Counted from the stretch's first letter, positions 1 to 10,680 are shown. The stretch: 64,000 bases of DNA from Bacteroidota bacterium (GCA_018816945.1 JAHIVC010000069.1:37339-101338), one strand, 5' to 3'. Notes: generated from the letters alone by a model not told the origin. Made by a program: numbers and translations.

Positions 1-1031
1 GAAATAGCAGCACATGTTTCACAATAGGCCGTCATGTTTGGCAATTCATAATTAGCACCAAATCCTTCTCCTTGTCCCAACGCACCAATTCCTCCTGTGA
101 TGTAGAGTTTTTTAGAAACCACATTTTCCCAAACTTTTTTTGTGGCATCCATCAAGGCCTGATCGTTCATCAGCGAAGCTACGTCTGTGACTCCTGAATA
201 CAAATATCCAAAACGAACTGCATGTCCAACCGCCTCATCCTGTTCAACGATTGGTTTATGATCCTGACTGTATTCACTAAGTTTATGACCATCGGTACCT
301 TTTCCGGTTTCATCAATAAAGAAGCGAGCCAACTTTAGGTATTTTTCATCGTTGGTAACTCGGTAGAGTTTTACCAATGCCATTTCAATAATCGGATGCC
401 CGGATGGTGCTTTTTTCTGTCCTTCATTCGGACCAAAAACGGTATTAACCAAATCGGCATTTTTTAGGGCAATGTTGAGCAAAGTTCTTTTTCCTGTTGC
501 TTGATAATGTGCCACTGCTGCTTCATAAAGATGTCCGAAATTATATAATTCATGACTATTCAATCGATCCCAGCGGCCCTTACCGTACCAGCGTTGCAAA
601 CGCTGACATTGATTGGTCAGACAGGTATATAAATAGCCATCGTCTTCCTGGGCCGCACCAATCATAGTGATAAGGCTGTCGAGATAGTTATCAAGATTTT
701 TGTCATATTGTACTGCAAGCGTATAGGAGGCTCCTTCCAGTATTTTGTAAACATCGGTATCATCAAAAGGATAGTCACCTTGATGTTCGCCTTCTATCAA
801 TCCTCCGGCCAAGGCAAAGTTATCCATGCGTCCGGTTTCCTCGCTTTTCCCGAATGCTGAAGGAATTGAAACTATTCGGTTGATTTCTATTTTTGGTGCC
901 CAGAACTGATCGCTTAAATGAACTGAGGTAAATGGGACAGATATCAATGGTTTAGCTGTTTTTTCTTTTGCCTTATTGCATGAAAATATGAATGAAACAA
1001 CAAAGACGCATAATAATATTTTTTTGATCAT
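1..1031 (-). CDS. Glycoside hydrolase family 127-like (beta-L-arabinofuranosidase/DUF1680), partial; the C-terminus runs off the window
   Basis: Hand translation of the reverse strand from ATG at 1031 gives MIKKILLCVFVVSFIFSCNK (lipoprotein-like signal). It continues with HELYNFGHLYEAAVAHY, LYITGGIGA..GEGFG and YCETCAAIS, which resemble GH127 signatures. The frame stays open to position 1. It is not in the ORF track because it is truncated. Confidence 0.65.
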   Translation of the reverse strand, partial: MIKKILLCVFVVSFIFSCNKAKEKTAKPLISVPFTSVHLSDQFWAPKIEINRIVSIPSAFGKSEETGRMDNFALAGGLIEGEHQGDYPFDDTDVYKILEGASYTLAVQYDKNLDNYLDSLITMIGAAQEDDGYLYTCLTNQCQRLQRWYGKGRWDRLNSHELYNFGHLYEAAVAHYQATGKRTLLNIALKNADLVNTVFGPNEGQKKAPSGHPIIEMALVKLYRVTNDEKYLKLARFFIDETGKGTDGHKLSEYSQDHKPIVEQDEAVGHAVRFGYLYSGVTDVASLMNDQALMDATKKVWENVVSKKLYITGGIGALGQGEGFGANYELPNMTAYCETCAAI

Positions 1032-1183
1032 GAGGTAATGAATTGAATAAATAATTTATTTTTTGAAAGTACTGAAGTGATTAGTTCTCCCTCAATTCAA
1101 AAATACAAAAATAATATTAGCATTGATTGAAGCGAAAGGTGAATTAGTAGAGTTGATAGATGTATAAAAATTGTTTTAAATGA

Positions 1184-2383
1184 TCAAGTTGAAACTGTAT
1201 TAAGCAATTTGTCAGAATCATTGTATTTAACAGATATTGTAAAATATAAAATGACCAAAATAGTTGTAAATCCTGTCACCAGAAAGGTCCAACTCGCACC
1301 AAAAGTAAACCAGATTAATCCGGCCATTGAACTGGCAATCATAGTGCAGATGCTTTGGAACCCGGAAAAAGTGCCTATGGCAGTAGCTGTATCTTTTTTA
1401 TCGGTGATATTACTTATCCAGGCTTTTGAAATTCCTTCGGTAGCTGCTCCATAAACACCATAAAGGAAAAATAAAGCAATGAAAGTATAAATATGAGTAC
1501 TGAAACTCATCCCGAAATACACGATGGCAAACAAGGAAAGTCCGAAAATAAACATCTTTTTCAGTCCGATTTTGTCTGCTATCATCCCAATGGGAAAAGC
1601 AAACAAAGCAAATATCAGATTGTAAAAAATATAAACTCCTATTACTGCGATATCGTCAAGCCCGGCTTGCTTTGCTTTAAGTAAGAGAAAAACATCAGAA
1701 CTGTTAAATAGCGTAAACACAAGAAGCCCGATGACAACTTTGCGATATTTTTTTGGACTGACTTTCCAATATTTCAAAAATGAAAAAAAAGAAATTGGTT
1801 TTTTAGGTTCGGGAATATTTTTTCTTTTAACTTTCAGAAAAGAAGAAGCAAAAATCGAAAACAAACCGGGAATAAAAGCAATATAAAAAAGAGTGATATA
1901 ATCTTCCGGGTAGAAATAAAGATAAAATAATGCCAGCAATGGACCGGTAACTGCTCCAAAGGTGTCCATCGACCGATGGAAGCCAAATATTTTCCCTTTT
2001 GTTTGCGGAGTCGCTTCATCGGATAATATGGCGTCTCTGGCTCCAGTCCTGATTCCTTTTCCAAAGCGGTCAATGGTTCTCACAAAGAAAATCCATATCG
2101 GATAAACAAAAAATGCCATCATCGGTTTTGACAGTGCACTTAAAGCATAACCAATTTGAACAAACGGAACTCTTTTGCCCGAATTGTCCGAAAGTTTTCC
2201 AAAGTATCCTTTACTCAATCCTGCAGTAGCTTCTGCAACTCCTTCTAAAATTCCAATTAGGGCTATTGAAAATCCGATTGATTTTAAATAAATAGGCATA
2301 ATTGGATAAAGCATTTCACTGGCAGTATCGGTGAAAAAGCTTACAATTGATAAAATCCAGACTGTTTTTGTGATGTATTTCAA
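1184..2383 (-). CDS. MFS transporter
   Basis: 399 aa and highly hydrophobic, with about 12 predicted TM segments. An MFS loop-like motif GKLSDNSGKR lies between TM2 and TM3. Confidence 0.8.
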   Translation of the reverse strand: MKYITKTVWILSIVSFFTDTASEMLYPIMPIYLKSIGFSIALIGILEGVAEATAGLSKGYFGKLSDNSGKRVPFVQIGYALSALSKPMMAFFVYPIWIFFVRTIDRFGKGIRTGARDAILSDEATPQTKGKIFGFHRSMDTFGAVTGPLLALFYLYFYPEDYITLFYIAFIPGLFSIFASSFLKVKRKNIPEPKKPISFFSFLKYWKVSPKKYRKVVIGLLVFTLFNSSDVFLLLKAKQAGLDDIAVIGVYIFYNLIFALFAFPIGMIADKIGLKKMFIFGLSLFAIVYFGMSFSTHIYTFIALFFLYGVYGAATEGISKAWISNITDKKDTATAIGTFSGFQSICTMIASSMAGLIWFTFGASWTFLVTGFTTILVILYFTISVKYNDSDKLLNTVST

Positions 2384-2462
2384 TGCAATGAATTTATTAT
2401 CAAGTTAATGGTTAAAACACTGCAAATTCATTACAGCTAATTTAGTTTTTGTAAATTTCTAC

Positions 2463-2580
2463 AAAAATTACAAATTACAAATTATAAATTACATCTGCCC
2501 AGACAGAACAAATTCCACACTTCGACACTTCGGCGATGCTCAGTGTGACGATTCCAATTCCCAATATTATTATAGGTTTT
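2463..2580. repeat. Heptamer tandem repeat (AAATTAC x4) next to a short GC-containing palindrome; weaker relative of the 30.0 kb and 41.3 kb elements
   Basis: aaattac aaattac aaattat aaattac at 2465-2492 is followed by tctgcccagaca. Then come cacacttcgacacttcgg and an inverted cacact/agtgtg pair. Confidence 0.5.
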
Positions 2581-2713
2581 TGTATTGTTTGAATTTGATA
2601 CTTGGTGCATTGAATATTGTATGATATTTGTAATTGTTTTTTTTGTGCTTACTAAATGAATCCTGTTTATAAATCAAACATATGGATTTTAATCCAATAG
2701 TGGTTTAGTCAAT

Positions 2714-3484
2714 TCATTTTAAACCTTCCATAACCCTTGCCCAATCAAAGGCAGGGCCTAAATCCCATTTTCCATTCGGGCGGAAATTGATGTGACTTAA
2801 AATCCCTTTGAACGAATTTGCATCAGAAGTATTTAGAACTTCATATCGCTTATCTTCAGCTAAAAATGTTCGGGGAATATTATATCTGGCCGTTAGGTAC
2901 CTTAGAAGCAGAATAATGCTGTCGTACTGTTCATTGGTGAATGAAGCAAAATAGTTTTGTCCACGGAAACCTGCTTGAATAAGAGTATAATACTCCACAT
3001 CTGATAGATTACAGTAATCATCAGTATTGCTATAAACTGTGACCAAACGATCATCAATTTTTTTTAAGTAGCCAATATTGGAAATCTCAATGGCTATGGT
3101 TTTTTTACTCATATTACTGTTACCTCCAACAGTTCCGGGGCCTAAATGATAGGACCAGTATTTTGAGGACCAAAGATTGAATATTTTGCCGCTCCGTCCA
3201 ATTATAAATGGAACAGAAACATGACTATTTGGACTTGTCATGGTTGAGATATCTCCTTTCAAATAACCTGCCGTAAAATGCAGAACAATCTTTTCCTTTT
3301 TGATTTCGTTTTTGTAGAAAAAAGATTCATCATTATTTTCTAAACGGCATTCGGTGTAGTTCAAGGATAAGTTTTCACCAACTATCGGAATATTGACCGG
3401 CTTTAGAATATGTTTTTTCCCTTGTGAATCTAGTCCTGAGGTTTGAAATGAATTCTCGTGATCTGCGATTGATGATGCTTTCAT
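2714..3484 (-). CDS. N-acetylmuramoyl-L-alanine amidase domain protein (amidase_2/PGRP-like)
   Basis: 256 aa. Motifs HFTAGY, HLGPG and IAIEISNIGYL resemble the AmpD/PGRP-type zinc amidase fold. No obvious signal peptide. Confidence 0.55.
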   Translation of the reverse strand: MKASSIADHENSFQTSGLDSQGKKHILKPVNIPIVGENLSLNYTECRLENNDESFFYKNEIKKEKIVLHFTAGYLKGDISTMTSPNSHVSVPFIIGRSGKIFNLWSSKYWSYHLGPGTVGGNSNMSKKTIAIEISNIGYLKKIDDRLVTVYSNTDDYCNLSDVEYYTLIQAGFRGQNYFASFTNEQYDSIILLLRYLTARYNIPRTFLAEDKRYEVLNTSDANSFKGILSHINFRPNGKWDLGPAFDWARVMEGLK

Positions 3485-3823
3485 GGCTTGAGAGTGTGTG
3501 TTATATTTACTTATTGGTTTTTAATCAATTAATTTTTTTCTACTCGATCAATTTATCATTTTTATTCGTTTTATTGAATATTCTTTCTTGGCTTAAATCA
3601 GGATAGTCATTATTCTCAAATAAAAAGGAATGTTGTTTGCGTTGATTAATAGTAAAAAATTCAATCGTTACTTTTCTTAAAATTTATACCATTATCTTTA
3701 ATTTGTCACATCTCTGAACGATTCATTTGATCAGAATGTTCATTATCCAATTGTAAAAAAACGCCCCAGTATGAAGCAGTTTTGTCAAGAAGAATTTTAG
3801 ATTTAATAATAAAGTTTTAATTT

Positions 3824-6800
3824 CTATTGTTTAATTATTTTCGATGTAATAATTTTCCCTTCTGTCTCAAATTTTAATATGTAAAATCCAGCAGGCAATG
3901 AAGATAAATCAACTTCTTTCTCATTGTAGATGTCTTTTACGAGTTCACCTATACTCGAAAATATTCTTAATCTGAAATATTTTTCAGCATAAATATAAAT
4001 TCGGTCGGATGCAGGATTAGGATAAAAGGTGAAAAGTTTATCTGAAGGTTCATCAATAGCGGTAGTTGTGGATACAACAATATATGCAGTTTTTGTAATA
4101 CTATTATTACCTGCATTGTTTGTACTGGTTAATTTAACCTGATAGGTTCCCGGTGAATTATAAACTACAGAAGGATTTTGTAAACTCGAGGTAGCAGGCG
4201 ATCCACCTGTAAATATCCAACTCCAACCGGTAGGATTATTGATTGATAAATCATAAAATTTAACCGTAAGGGGAGCTGAACCTGTTTTTATATCGGCAGT
4301 AAAATTTGCGACGGGTTCAAGTTTTAAATCTCTTACACCGGTTGCATAAAAAACGGGCCATTTTGCATCTATTGCAATGATACTGGCTGAGCCGCTTCCT
4401 GCTATTTTGCTCGAAGCAAGGTTTATACTTGCAACTACCTGCCTGCTGCTGGTATTCAGTGCCGCAAATGCAATTTTATCGTCATTTTTTGAAAAAGATG
4501 GAAAACCAACCGTTGCATTTGTAGTTATCGTTTCTACATTCCCGGTTAATAAATTTGCCCCCAATATGGCATATTCGTTTGAAAAACCATTTATATAATC
4601 AAATGCGATGATATAGGGTGAGTTTTTTGAAAAAGTAGGATTTCCAATACTTACATCATCGGGTAGCGAACCATAAAGTTTGGTTACTAATCCATTGCCA
4701 AAATCATCAGTTTGATTGTCCCAAACCTTGATAATTCCAATATCCCAGTATGTTATATCTGCCGATAGGGTTGATTTGATGGAGTTGTAAGCATCATAAA
4801 TAACATACTCACCTGTATGATCAAACTCGATGGCATCTGCATACAGAACTCCACCGGCTTTGTCGCCGCTGTTGCTGGTGGTGGGATTATATAACTTGAA
4901 CTTTGCCCAACGTTGTGTGATAAAATCATACACATAAATAGCAGTATCAATTTGGGTTGAAATAGCTGCCAATCTATTACGATCCTTCGATAAAGTTACA
5001 TTGTCCCAAAATGCTTCATTCGAGACAATGTATTCATTGGGTGCATTGGGGTCAGAACTCATGGCCCTGATTTTATGGTCATTCGAAACAAATAAAATTG
5101 TACCGCCATTGTCCGAAACGCAAACTTTACCTTTCATGATTGTGGTTGTGTAAGCCATAAAATTAGTGCCAGTAGTCGAGCTTCTATATAGGGTATTTGC
5201 GTTTAATGTGTCTGTATCGTATGTTAGAAGGTATTCTTGTCCGGGGTTAACCTCATATTCCTGAGCGTAATTTATTTGGCTGTCTTCATAAATTCCAACT
5301 GCATCAAAAGCTTTACCGGCTTCCGTTGCTTCCGAGGAGTTGTTCCCATATAAATCTTTTGCCGATTGCACTACTGCAAGCCGAAAATCAATAAATTTTG
5401 ATTTACTGACCAGATAATTATTCAGGGCCCGGTAAAAAACCTTCTCTGCTTTTGTTTTGCTTACTGCTGTAGCAAAAAGATAATATGCATAATTGCCAAT
5501 TCCGCTGTTAATATGAACACCGGCATTATCCTCCTCACCAACGTACATTTCCGATAAATGTTTGGGTTGCCAGTAATAGTGACTCGAATTACCACCATTA
5601 TGTGGATCGGCCATATTTCTTAATGCACCGGATGGATAATAGGGCGATTTTACGATATCTTCACCAATCAGCCAATCATCACGGTCGACCATTGATCCAA
5701 AAATATCAGCATAGGTTTCATTGATTGCTCCCGGCTGTCCGTAATATTCTAAATTAGCCGTATTTGAAACAACACCATGCCCCATTTCGTGAGCCGTAAC
5801 ATCTAATGCCCCTGCAAGAGGTTTGAAGTATGTACCTCCATTTCCATAAAATACAGCTCGCCCATTCCAAAAAGCATTTTCCATCGAGGTTCCATCATCT
5901 TCAGCAACATTTACAAGTGAGAGAATATCGCCTCCCTGATCATTGATGGAATTGCGGTTAAAAGTATTTTTAAAATATGTGTATGCTTGCTTTGCATTGT
6001 AGTGTGCCGAAACACTGGCACGATTTGTCCATGTATTATTTGTTGATGTAACAAATGAATAGTTTAAATTGGTAGTTGAAGTGTTATTTGCATCTAAAGT
6101 CATGATAATACCCTCTGATTTAGTTGAGTTAAACATAGCTTCGGAGATATTATACAGATAATAGGTTCCGGCTTCGAGATAAGTATTTATCGTACGTAAT
6201 ATTCCGTTCAGATCATAAGCACTTGCGATAGTCGGGCCATCAGAATTTGTATTATTATAGAAATGGATTATTTCTCTGCTGTTTGCATCGACAAAATATT
6301 TCCATTCCTCAATGAAATTGGGGCGATATGAAATTTCGTAAGCCAGTTTACCATCGTAAATAACCAATTCTGATTCCGGTCGATCGTACTTTAATAATTC
6401 TTTTTCTTTTGTTGACAGGTTTTTTAAAATGGTTCGTGCTTTTAGGTCATCACTAACTATATTTATTGCTGTTTGTTTATCGATACCGGGGCTAGATTCA
6501 ATTGCCGGATTCAAAAGTTCAATCCGACCTGTAAATAAATCTTTATCAGCACCTATATGCAAGTATGATTCGGCTCCATACACTTTTACTCCTTTAAAAT
6601 ATTGTTGGGCCTTTACATGGGTTATCCCTAAACTATCAGTCTCCGTTTTGGTAATTATCAATTCATCTTTGGGTTTGAGAAGTTTTGTAGTTGATTTTGT
6701 CGATTCAAAAAACGAATAGAAATGTTCTTCACTTGTTTCAACTTTTGTTGATTTTAAATTACTATTTGTTCTCTCAAAAAAAATGGGGGAACCTCCATCT

Positions 6801-7051
6801 GATACCAAATTTTGCACAGAATCATGATTGCTGATTTTGGGGACTTGCAGTGTTGCCGAAACGGGGAAATTATGATTTGAATTCAGGACACCTGATTTCA
6901 AATTCGGATTATTTGAGATTGTTTTGAATGTGAAACCGCTGGGAGAATTATTCGTCTGTGTTTTGGTACGGCTCTTAAAATTATTTCCCTGTTGAGCAAA
7001 TGAAATAGCTGAAATGAGGAGCGCATACGAAAGAAATATCAGTTTTTTCAT
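3824..7051 (-). CDS. Secreted M4 (thermolysin-like) zinc metalloprotease with beta-propeller-like region, PKD domain and T9SS C-terminal sorting domain
   Basis: Signal peptide MKKLIFLSYALLISAISFAQ. HEXXH site VTAHEMGHGV, plus NETYADIFG and GVHINSGI (M4 signatures). A PKD-like segment (FTADIKTGSAPLTVKFYDLS...GTYQVKLTSTN). C-terminal FYPNPASDRIYIY...GFYILKF is typical of Por_Secre_tail. Confidence 0.85.
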   Translation of the reverse strand: MKKLIFLSYALLISAISFAQQGNNFKSRTKTQTNNSPSGFTFKTISNNPNLKSGVLNSNHNFPVSATLQVPKISNHDSVQNLVSDGGSPIFFERTNSNLKSTKVETSEEHFYSFFESTKSTTKLLKPKDELIITKTETDSLGITHVKAQQYFKGVKVYGAESYLHIGADKDLFTGRIELLNPAIESSPGIDKQTAINIVSDDLKARTILKNLSTKEKELLKYDRPESELVIYDGKLAYEISYRPNFIEEWKYFVDANSREIIHFYNNTNSDGPTIASAYDLNGILRTINTYLEAGTYYLYNISEAMFNSTKSEGIIMTLDANNTSTTNLNYSFVTSTNNTWTNRASVSAHYNAKQAYTYFKNTFNRNSINDQGGDILSLVNVAEDDGTSMENAFWNGRAVFYGNGGTYFKPLAGALDVTAHEMGHGVVSNTANLEYYGQPGAINETYADIFGSMVDRDDWLIGEDIVKSPYYPSGALRNMADPHNGGNSSHYYWQPKHLSEMYVGEEDNAGVHINSGIGNYAYYLFATAVSKTKAEKVFYRALNNYLVSKSKFIDFRLAVVQSAKDLYGNNSSEATEAGKAFDAVGIYEDSQINYAQEYEVNPGQEYLLTYDTDTLNANTLYRSSTTGTNFMAYTTTIMKGKVCVSDNGGTILFVSNDHKIRAMSSDPNAPNEYIVSNEAFWDNVTLSKDRNRLAAISTQIDTAIYVYDFITQRWAKFKLYNPTTSNSGDKAGGVLYADAIEFDHTGEYVIYDAYNSIKSTLSADITYWDIGIIKVWDNQTDDFGNGLVTKLYGSLPDDVSIGNPTFSKNSPYIIAFDYINGFSNEYAILGANLLTGNVETITTNATVGFPSFSKNDDKIAFAALNTSSRQVVASINLASSKIAGSGSASIIAIDAKWPVFYATGVRDLKLEPVANFTADIKTGSAPLTVKFYDLSINNPTGWSWIFTGGSPATSSLQNPSVVYNSPGTYQVKLTSTNNAGNNSITKTAYIVVSTTTAIDEPSDKLFTFYPNPASDRIYIYAEKYFRLRIFSSIGELVKDIYNEKEVDLSSLPAGFYILKFETEGKIITSKIIKQ

Positions 7052-7052
7052 G

Positions 7053-7490
7053 TTAATTGTGTTTTAGTGTATTGACCAATACTTTGTAAAATTCTACAAG
7101 CTCAGGCGATTTTGAACCATCGGTCCAGGTAACTTTGTGGGTGCGGATATTCGATTTTATTTCAATAAAATAAGTCATATTACCTCTTTCGGTAAATTTC
7201 AGATTTTGAAACCCAATTTCTTTAACATAGTTTGTGATTCTTTTAATTTCTTTCCTTGAAATTTTATTTATTTTTTCTGGGATTGTATTTACAATTTTAT
7301 AAACCTCACCGTTATTTTTTAAGAGATAATTGCTGCTTGCCCCTGTAAAACCGCCACCACTTCCAAATGATATTTCGGTAAAAATATTTGCTAATTCGGT
7401 TCGGTTTTTTTCTGTGGCACAACTGATTACCAAAAAAAGAAAACAGATTAGAACCGTAATTTTCAGTTTGCGTGAGGTCATATTATGCAT
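7053..7490 (-). CDS. Hypothetical lipoprotein
   Basis: 145 aa with lipobox-like FLVISC. The stop of this gene abuts the start of the protease gene, with a 1-nt gap. Confidence 0.5.
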   Translation of the reverse strand: MHNMTSRKLKITVLICFLFLVISCATEKNRTELANIFTEISFGSGGGFTGASSNYLLKNNGEVYKIVNTIPEKINKISRKEIKRITNYVKEIGFQNLKFTERGNMTYFIEIKSNIRTHKVTWTDGSKSPELVEFYKVLVNTLKHN

Positions 7491-7789
7491 GAGCTACAAT
7501 TTGTTTAAAAAAATATTAAATACTCCATTCTCTGTAAAGTAAGGAGCAAGACCGTTTTTTATTTATATTTTATCGATTTTTAGGTCGATTGAACACATAA
7601 CAAGATTGTAGTAGAAAATCTTTTATCTGCAATTTGAATCCCCGCGGAAAGATTTTCATCATAAATATATGAAAAATTTATTATGAGTAATATTAAATGA
7701 AAATTATAAGTAGCCTAAGATTAGTAGAGTAAATATTTTATTATTTCACAATTTCATTAAACAAGCATTCAGTACCCTGGAATTATTTT

Positions 7790-9643
7790 TTAGTATTTGC
7801 TATCCTTCATTTGCTTATTGTCAAGTCTTATTTGCATCAAACAATGTTTGCAGTCAAACTTTAACAAGTATTTCCGGTTCTGATCCTCCAGATAAAGTGG
7901 TTCAGGCGGGGTATTTTTCGCATGCTGAAATTTTTCACAAAATCCCAATTCATGTTTGATGCAGTAACGAGTGGTCATCAGCAGTTGAGCTTCTTTCACT
8001 GTGCTGATTTCCAATGCTTCCTCAAGTTTTTCTACCCCATGCTCTTTGTAAAACCGGATTGCTTTCTTGTTCGAGATATTTTCAGAAAACCCAACCTCAG
8101 TGTGAGGTAATTTTGGATTCTTACTTTCTACCTTCGAATCTTTTCGGGCAAAAGTTAAAATGCGAAGCTTTTCGTGTTTCTCAAAAAGGGTTCTGCGAAT
8201 TTCATTCAATTCGGAAATACGAAAGAAATAGGCAGTTTCGTAATTAATTTTCACCTCTTTTATATCGAACATTGAACTTCCTGATTTAGAAAGCTGAGCA
8301 ATAATATTTTTTGTTGCCTGTTCCGAATCTTTTGCTAGTTCGGGTAAAGAATCAAGGATATAAACAGAGCTGATTTGATCCTCGTCGATAAGCTCAAATT
8401 GAAGTTTGGATTCTTTCTCTGCCAAATTAATAGTTGCGGAAATTTTGCGTATGGATTTATCAGCATCAAGTGTTTTATTGAATTCATGATCGTAGTTACG
8501 ATAAAGCTCGGTCCCATGAATAAGATTTGATTTGTTGTTGACATATATTTTATGATCCAGTACTTTCTCAACCCTGATCCCAATCAATTCATTGTTTTTA
8601 ATAAAACAAAGCCCATCTCCATTGTGCAATATTTCATTCGTGGTTATGGTAATAAAATCCGAACCCACCATATCTACGATCCCAAGTCTTTTGCCCATCG
8701 ATTTAGGCGAATATTTGTTGATCAGATTTTTCCCGTGCCCTGATAAAAAATAATTTGTACTTCCCCTGCTGAAGCTCTTTTCCGGATCAGGTTCAAAATT
8801 GATTTGAGTTTTTCCGGATGAGGGTTTTTTATAATCGGATCCCAATGCAAAAATTTCATCCAGTTTTCTTCGGTAATAGCTGACCACATTCTTTACATAA
8901 TTGCTGTCTTTTAACCTTCCTTCAATTTTCAAACTTGTAATTCCTGCATCAATCAATTCTTTCAAATGATTACTTAGATTCAGGTCCTTAAGAGAAAGCA
9001 AATGGCTGTTCAATATAATTTTATTGCCTTCTCCATCAATCAGGTTATAGGGGTGACGGCACATTTGGGCGCACATGCCCCTGTTTGCACTTCGCCCTGT
9101 AACAGCCTGACTGAAATAGCATTGTCCGCTCAAACTTACGCATAAGGAACCGTGAACGAAAAACTCCAGTTCAGTTTTTGTTTGGCTTCTGATATTCCGG
9201 ATTTCGTTGAGCGAGAGTTCACGTGCAAGCACAATGCGTTCGAACCCTAGTTCGTCAAAAAAGCGGATCCGTTCGGGATCATAATTATTGGTTTGCGTAC
9301 TGGCATGGAGTGGGATGGGAGGGAGCTTCATCTGCAAAATCCCCATGTCCTGAATGATCAGTGCATCAGCACCTGCATTATAAATCTGATGGATCAGCTT
9401 TTCGGCTTCTTCCAATTCATGATCGTACAAAATGGTATTCAGCGTGACAAAAACCTTTGCTTTGTATTTATGGGCATATTCAATCAGCGTTTCAATATCT
9501 GCCACCGAATTAGCGGCAGCTGCCCTGGCCCCAAATCGATCAGCTCCAATATAAACGGCATCAGCGCCATAGTTTATGGCAACCTTGCCTGTTTCCTGAT
9601 TTTTTGCGGGTGCTAAAAGTTCAATTGCCTTCATCTCAAACAA
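7790..9643 (-). CDS. Peptidase U32 family protein (collagenase-like/RNA hydroxylation family)
   Basis: 617 aa. The N-terminal ELLAPAKN...AINYGADAVYIG and the central E..HGSLCVSLSGQCYFS motif are typical of U32. Confidence 0.85.
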   Translation of the reverse strand: MFEMKAIELLAPAKNQETGKVAINYGADAVYIGADRFGARAAAANSVADIETLIEYAHKYKAKVFVTLNTILYDHELEEAEKLIHQIYNAGADALIIQDMGILQMKLPPIPLHASTQTNNYDPERIRFFDELGFERIVLARELSLNEIRNIRSQTKTELEFFVHGSLCVSLSGQCYFSQAVTGRSANRGMCAQMCRHPYNLIDGEGNKIILNSHLLSLKDLNLSNHLKELIDAGITSLKIEGRLKDSNYVKNVVSYYRRKLDEIFALGSDYKKPSSGKTQINFEPDPEKSFSRGSTNYFLSGHGKNLINKYSPKSMGKRLGIVDMVGSDFITITTNEILHNGDGLCFIKNNELIGIRVEKVLDHKIYVNNKSNLIHGTELYRNYDHEFNKTLDADKSIRKISATINLAEKESKLQFELIDEDQISSVYILDSLPELAKDSEQATKNIIAQLSKSGSSMFDIKEVKINYETAYFFRISELNEIRRTLFEKHEKLRILTFARKDSKVESKNPKLPHTEVGFSENISNKKAIRFYKEHGVEKLEEALEISTVKEAQLLMTTRYCIKHELGFCEKFQHAKNTPPEPLYLEDQNRKYLLKFDCKHCLMQIRLDNKQMKDSKY

Positions 9644-9783
9644 AAGGGCAAATATACAACGCTTTTCGCTCCATATTCTTTTAGGGTGATGCTTTCGTGA
9701 GGGGGAATTCTTTTGATTAAACCAGCGGTAACTAATCAGTCAACAGCAAGTCAATAAAATTAAGGTATTTGAATGAAATCTTT

Positions 9784-9875
9784 CTTTGCTTTGTGTCTCT
9801 TTGAGCTACTTTGGGTAACTTTGTGTAATAGCTGTGTCACAAAGAACCACAAAGAAGACACTAAGTATCACAAAG
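9784..9875. repeat. Helically phased CTTTG (x5) / CAAAG (x3) motif array in the U32-rluA intergenic region
   Basis: CTTTG begins at 9784, 9789, 9799, 9809 and 9819. The inverted CAAAG begins at 9840, 9850 and 9871. Spacing is about 10 bp. Confidence 0.6.
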
Positions 9876-9894
9876 AAGACATCTTCACAACCGC

Positions 9895-10626
9895 TCATTC
9901 TTGACACTGATTAGTTACAACCAGCGTTTTAAAATAAGCCGGGATTTCGGTTTCAAAACTCATTTCCTTTTTTGTATAGGGATGCAAGATATTCAGCGAA
10001 GCGGCATGCAAGGCCAGTCGTTTGATCCCTTTTTCGGGGATCCCATAAATTTTGTCGCCTAATACAGGATGTCCCTTTTCTGAAAAATGTACACGAATTT
10101 GATTTTTTCGGCCCGTCAACAAGGCGATTTCAAGCAAACTGTATTTCCCTGACGCTTTAATTACCTTATATCCTGTTTGCGATAATTTCCCTTTTTCAGG
10201 ATCATTTACCGAATAAACCCTGTGTGCAGCATTTTCGAGTAAATAGGAGGTGATCATGCCTTCTTTTTCCTGAATCGGGCCATGAACAACCGCAAAATAT
10301 TTTTTACTAAAGCTGTTCCAATTTTCCTGTAAAAAACGTTTAGCATTTTCGTTTTTAGCAAAAACCAGGATTCCTGAAGTGTCTTTGTCGAGGCGATGCA
10401 CGATGAATACACGGTTTTTTGATTTTGGATTTCCTTTCCTTACATAATCATTCAACAAAAAGTAAGCTGTTTTTTCTTTTTCCCTGTCGGTACTAATGGT
10501 TAAGAGGCCATACTCTTTATTAACGACCAAAATATCCATATCTTCATATAGAATGGTGAGCCCCTTGGGTTGGTGTTTTTTGGAAGGGCCCTTAAAAGAT
10601 GGGGTTATTTCTTGCATATACAACAA
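9895..10626 (-). CDS. RluA-family pseudouridine synthase
   Basis: 243 aa with the catalytic motif HRLDKDTSG and a C-terminal GRKNQIRVH motif. Confidence 0.85.
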   Translation of the reverse strand: MLYMQEITPSFKGPSKKHQPKGLTILYEDMDILVVNKEYGLLTISTDREKEKTAYFLLNDYVRKGNPKSKNRVFIVHRLDKDTSGILVFAKNENAKRFLQENWNSFSKKYFAVVHGPIQEKEGMITSYLLENAAHRVYSVNDPEKGKLSQTGYKVIKASGKYSLLEIALLTGRKNQIRVHFSEKGHPVLGDKIYGIPEKGIKRLALHAASLNILHPYTKKEMSFETEIPAYFKTLVVTNQCQE

Positions 10627-10680
10627 ATATATGAAGAAATGTGATGGATTGAAGCTGTGCCTTTGTCTAAAAATTAGTAT

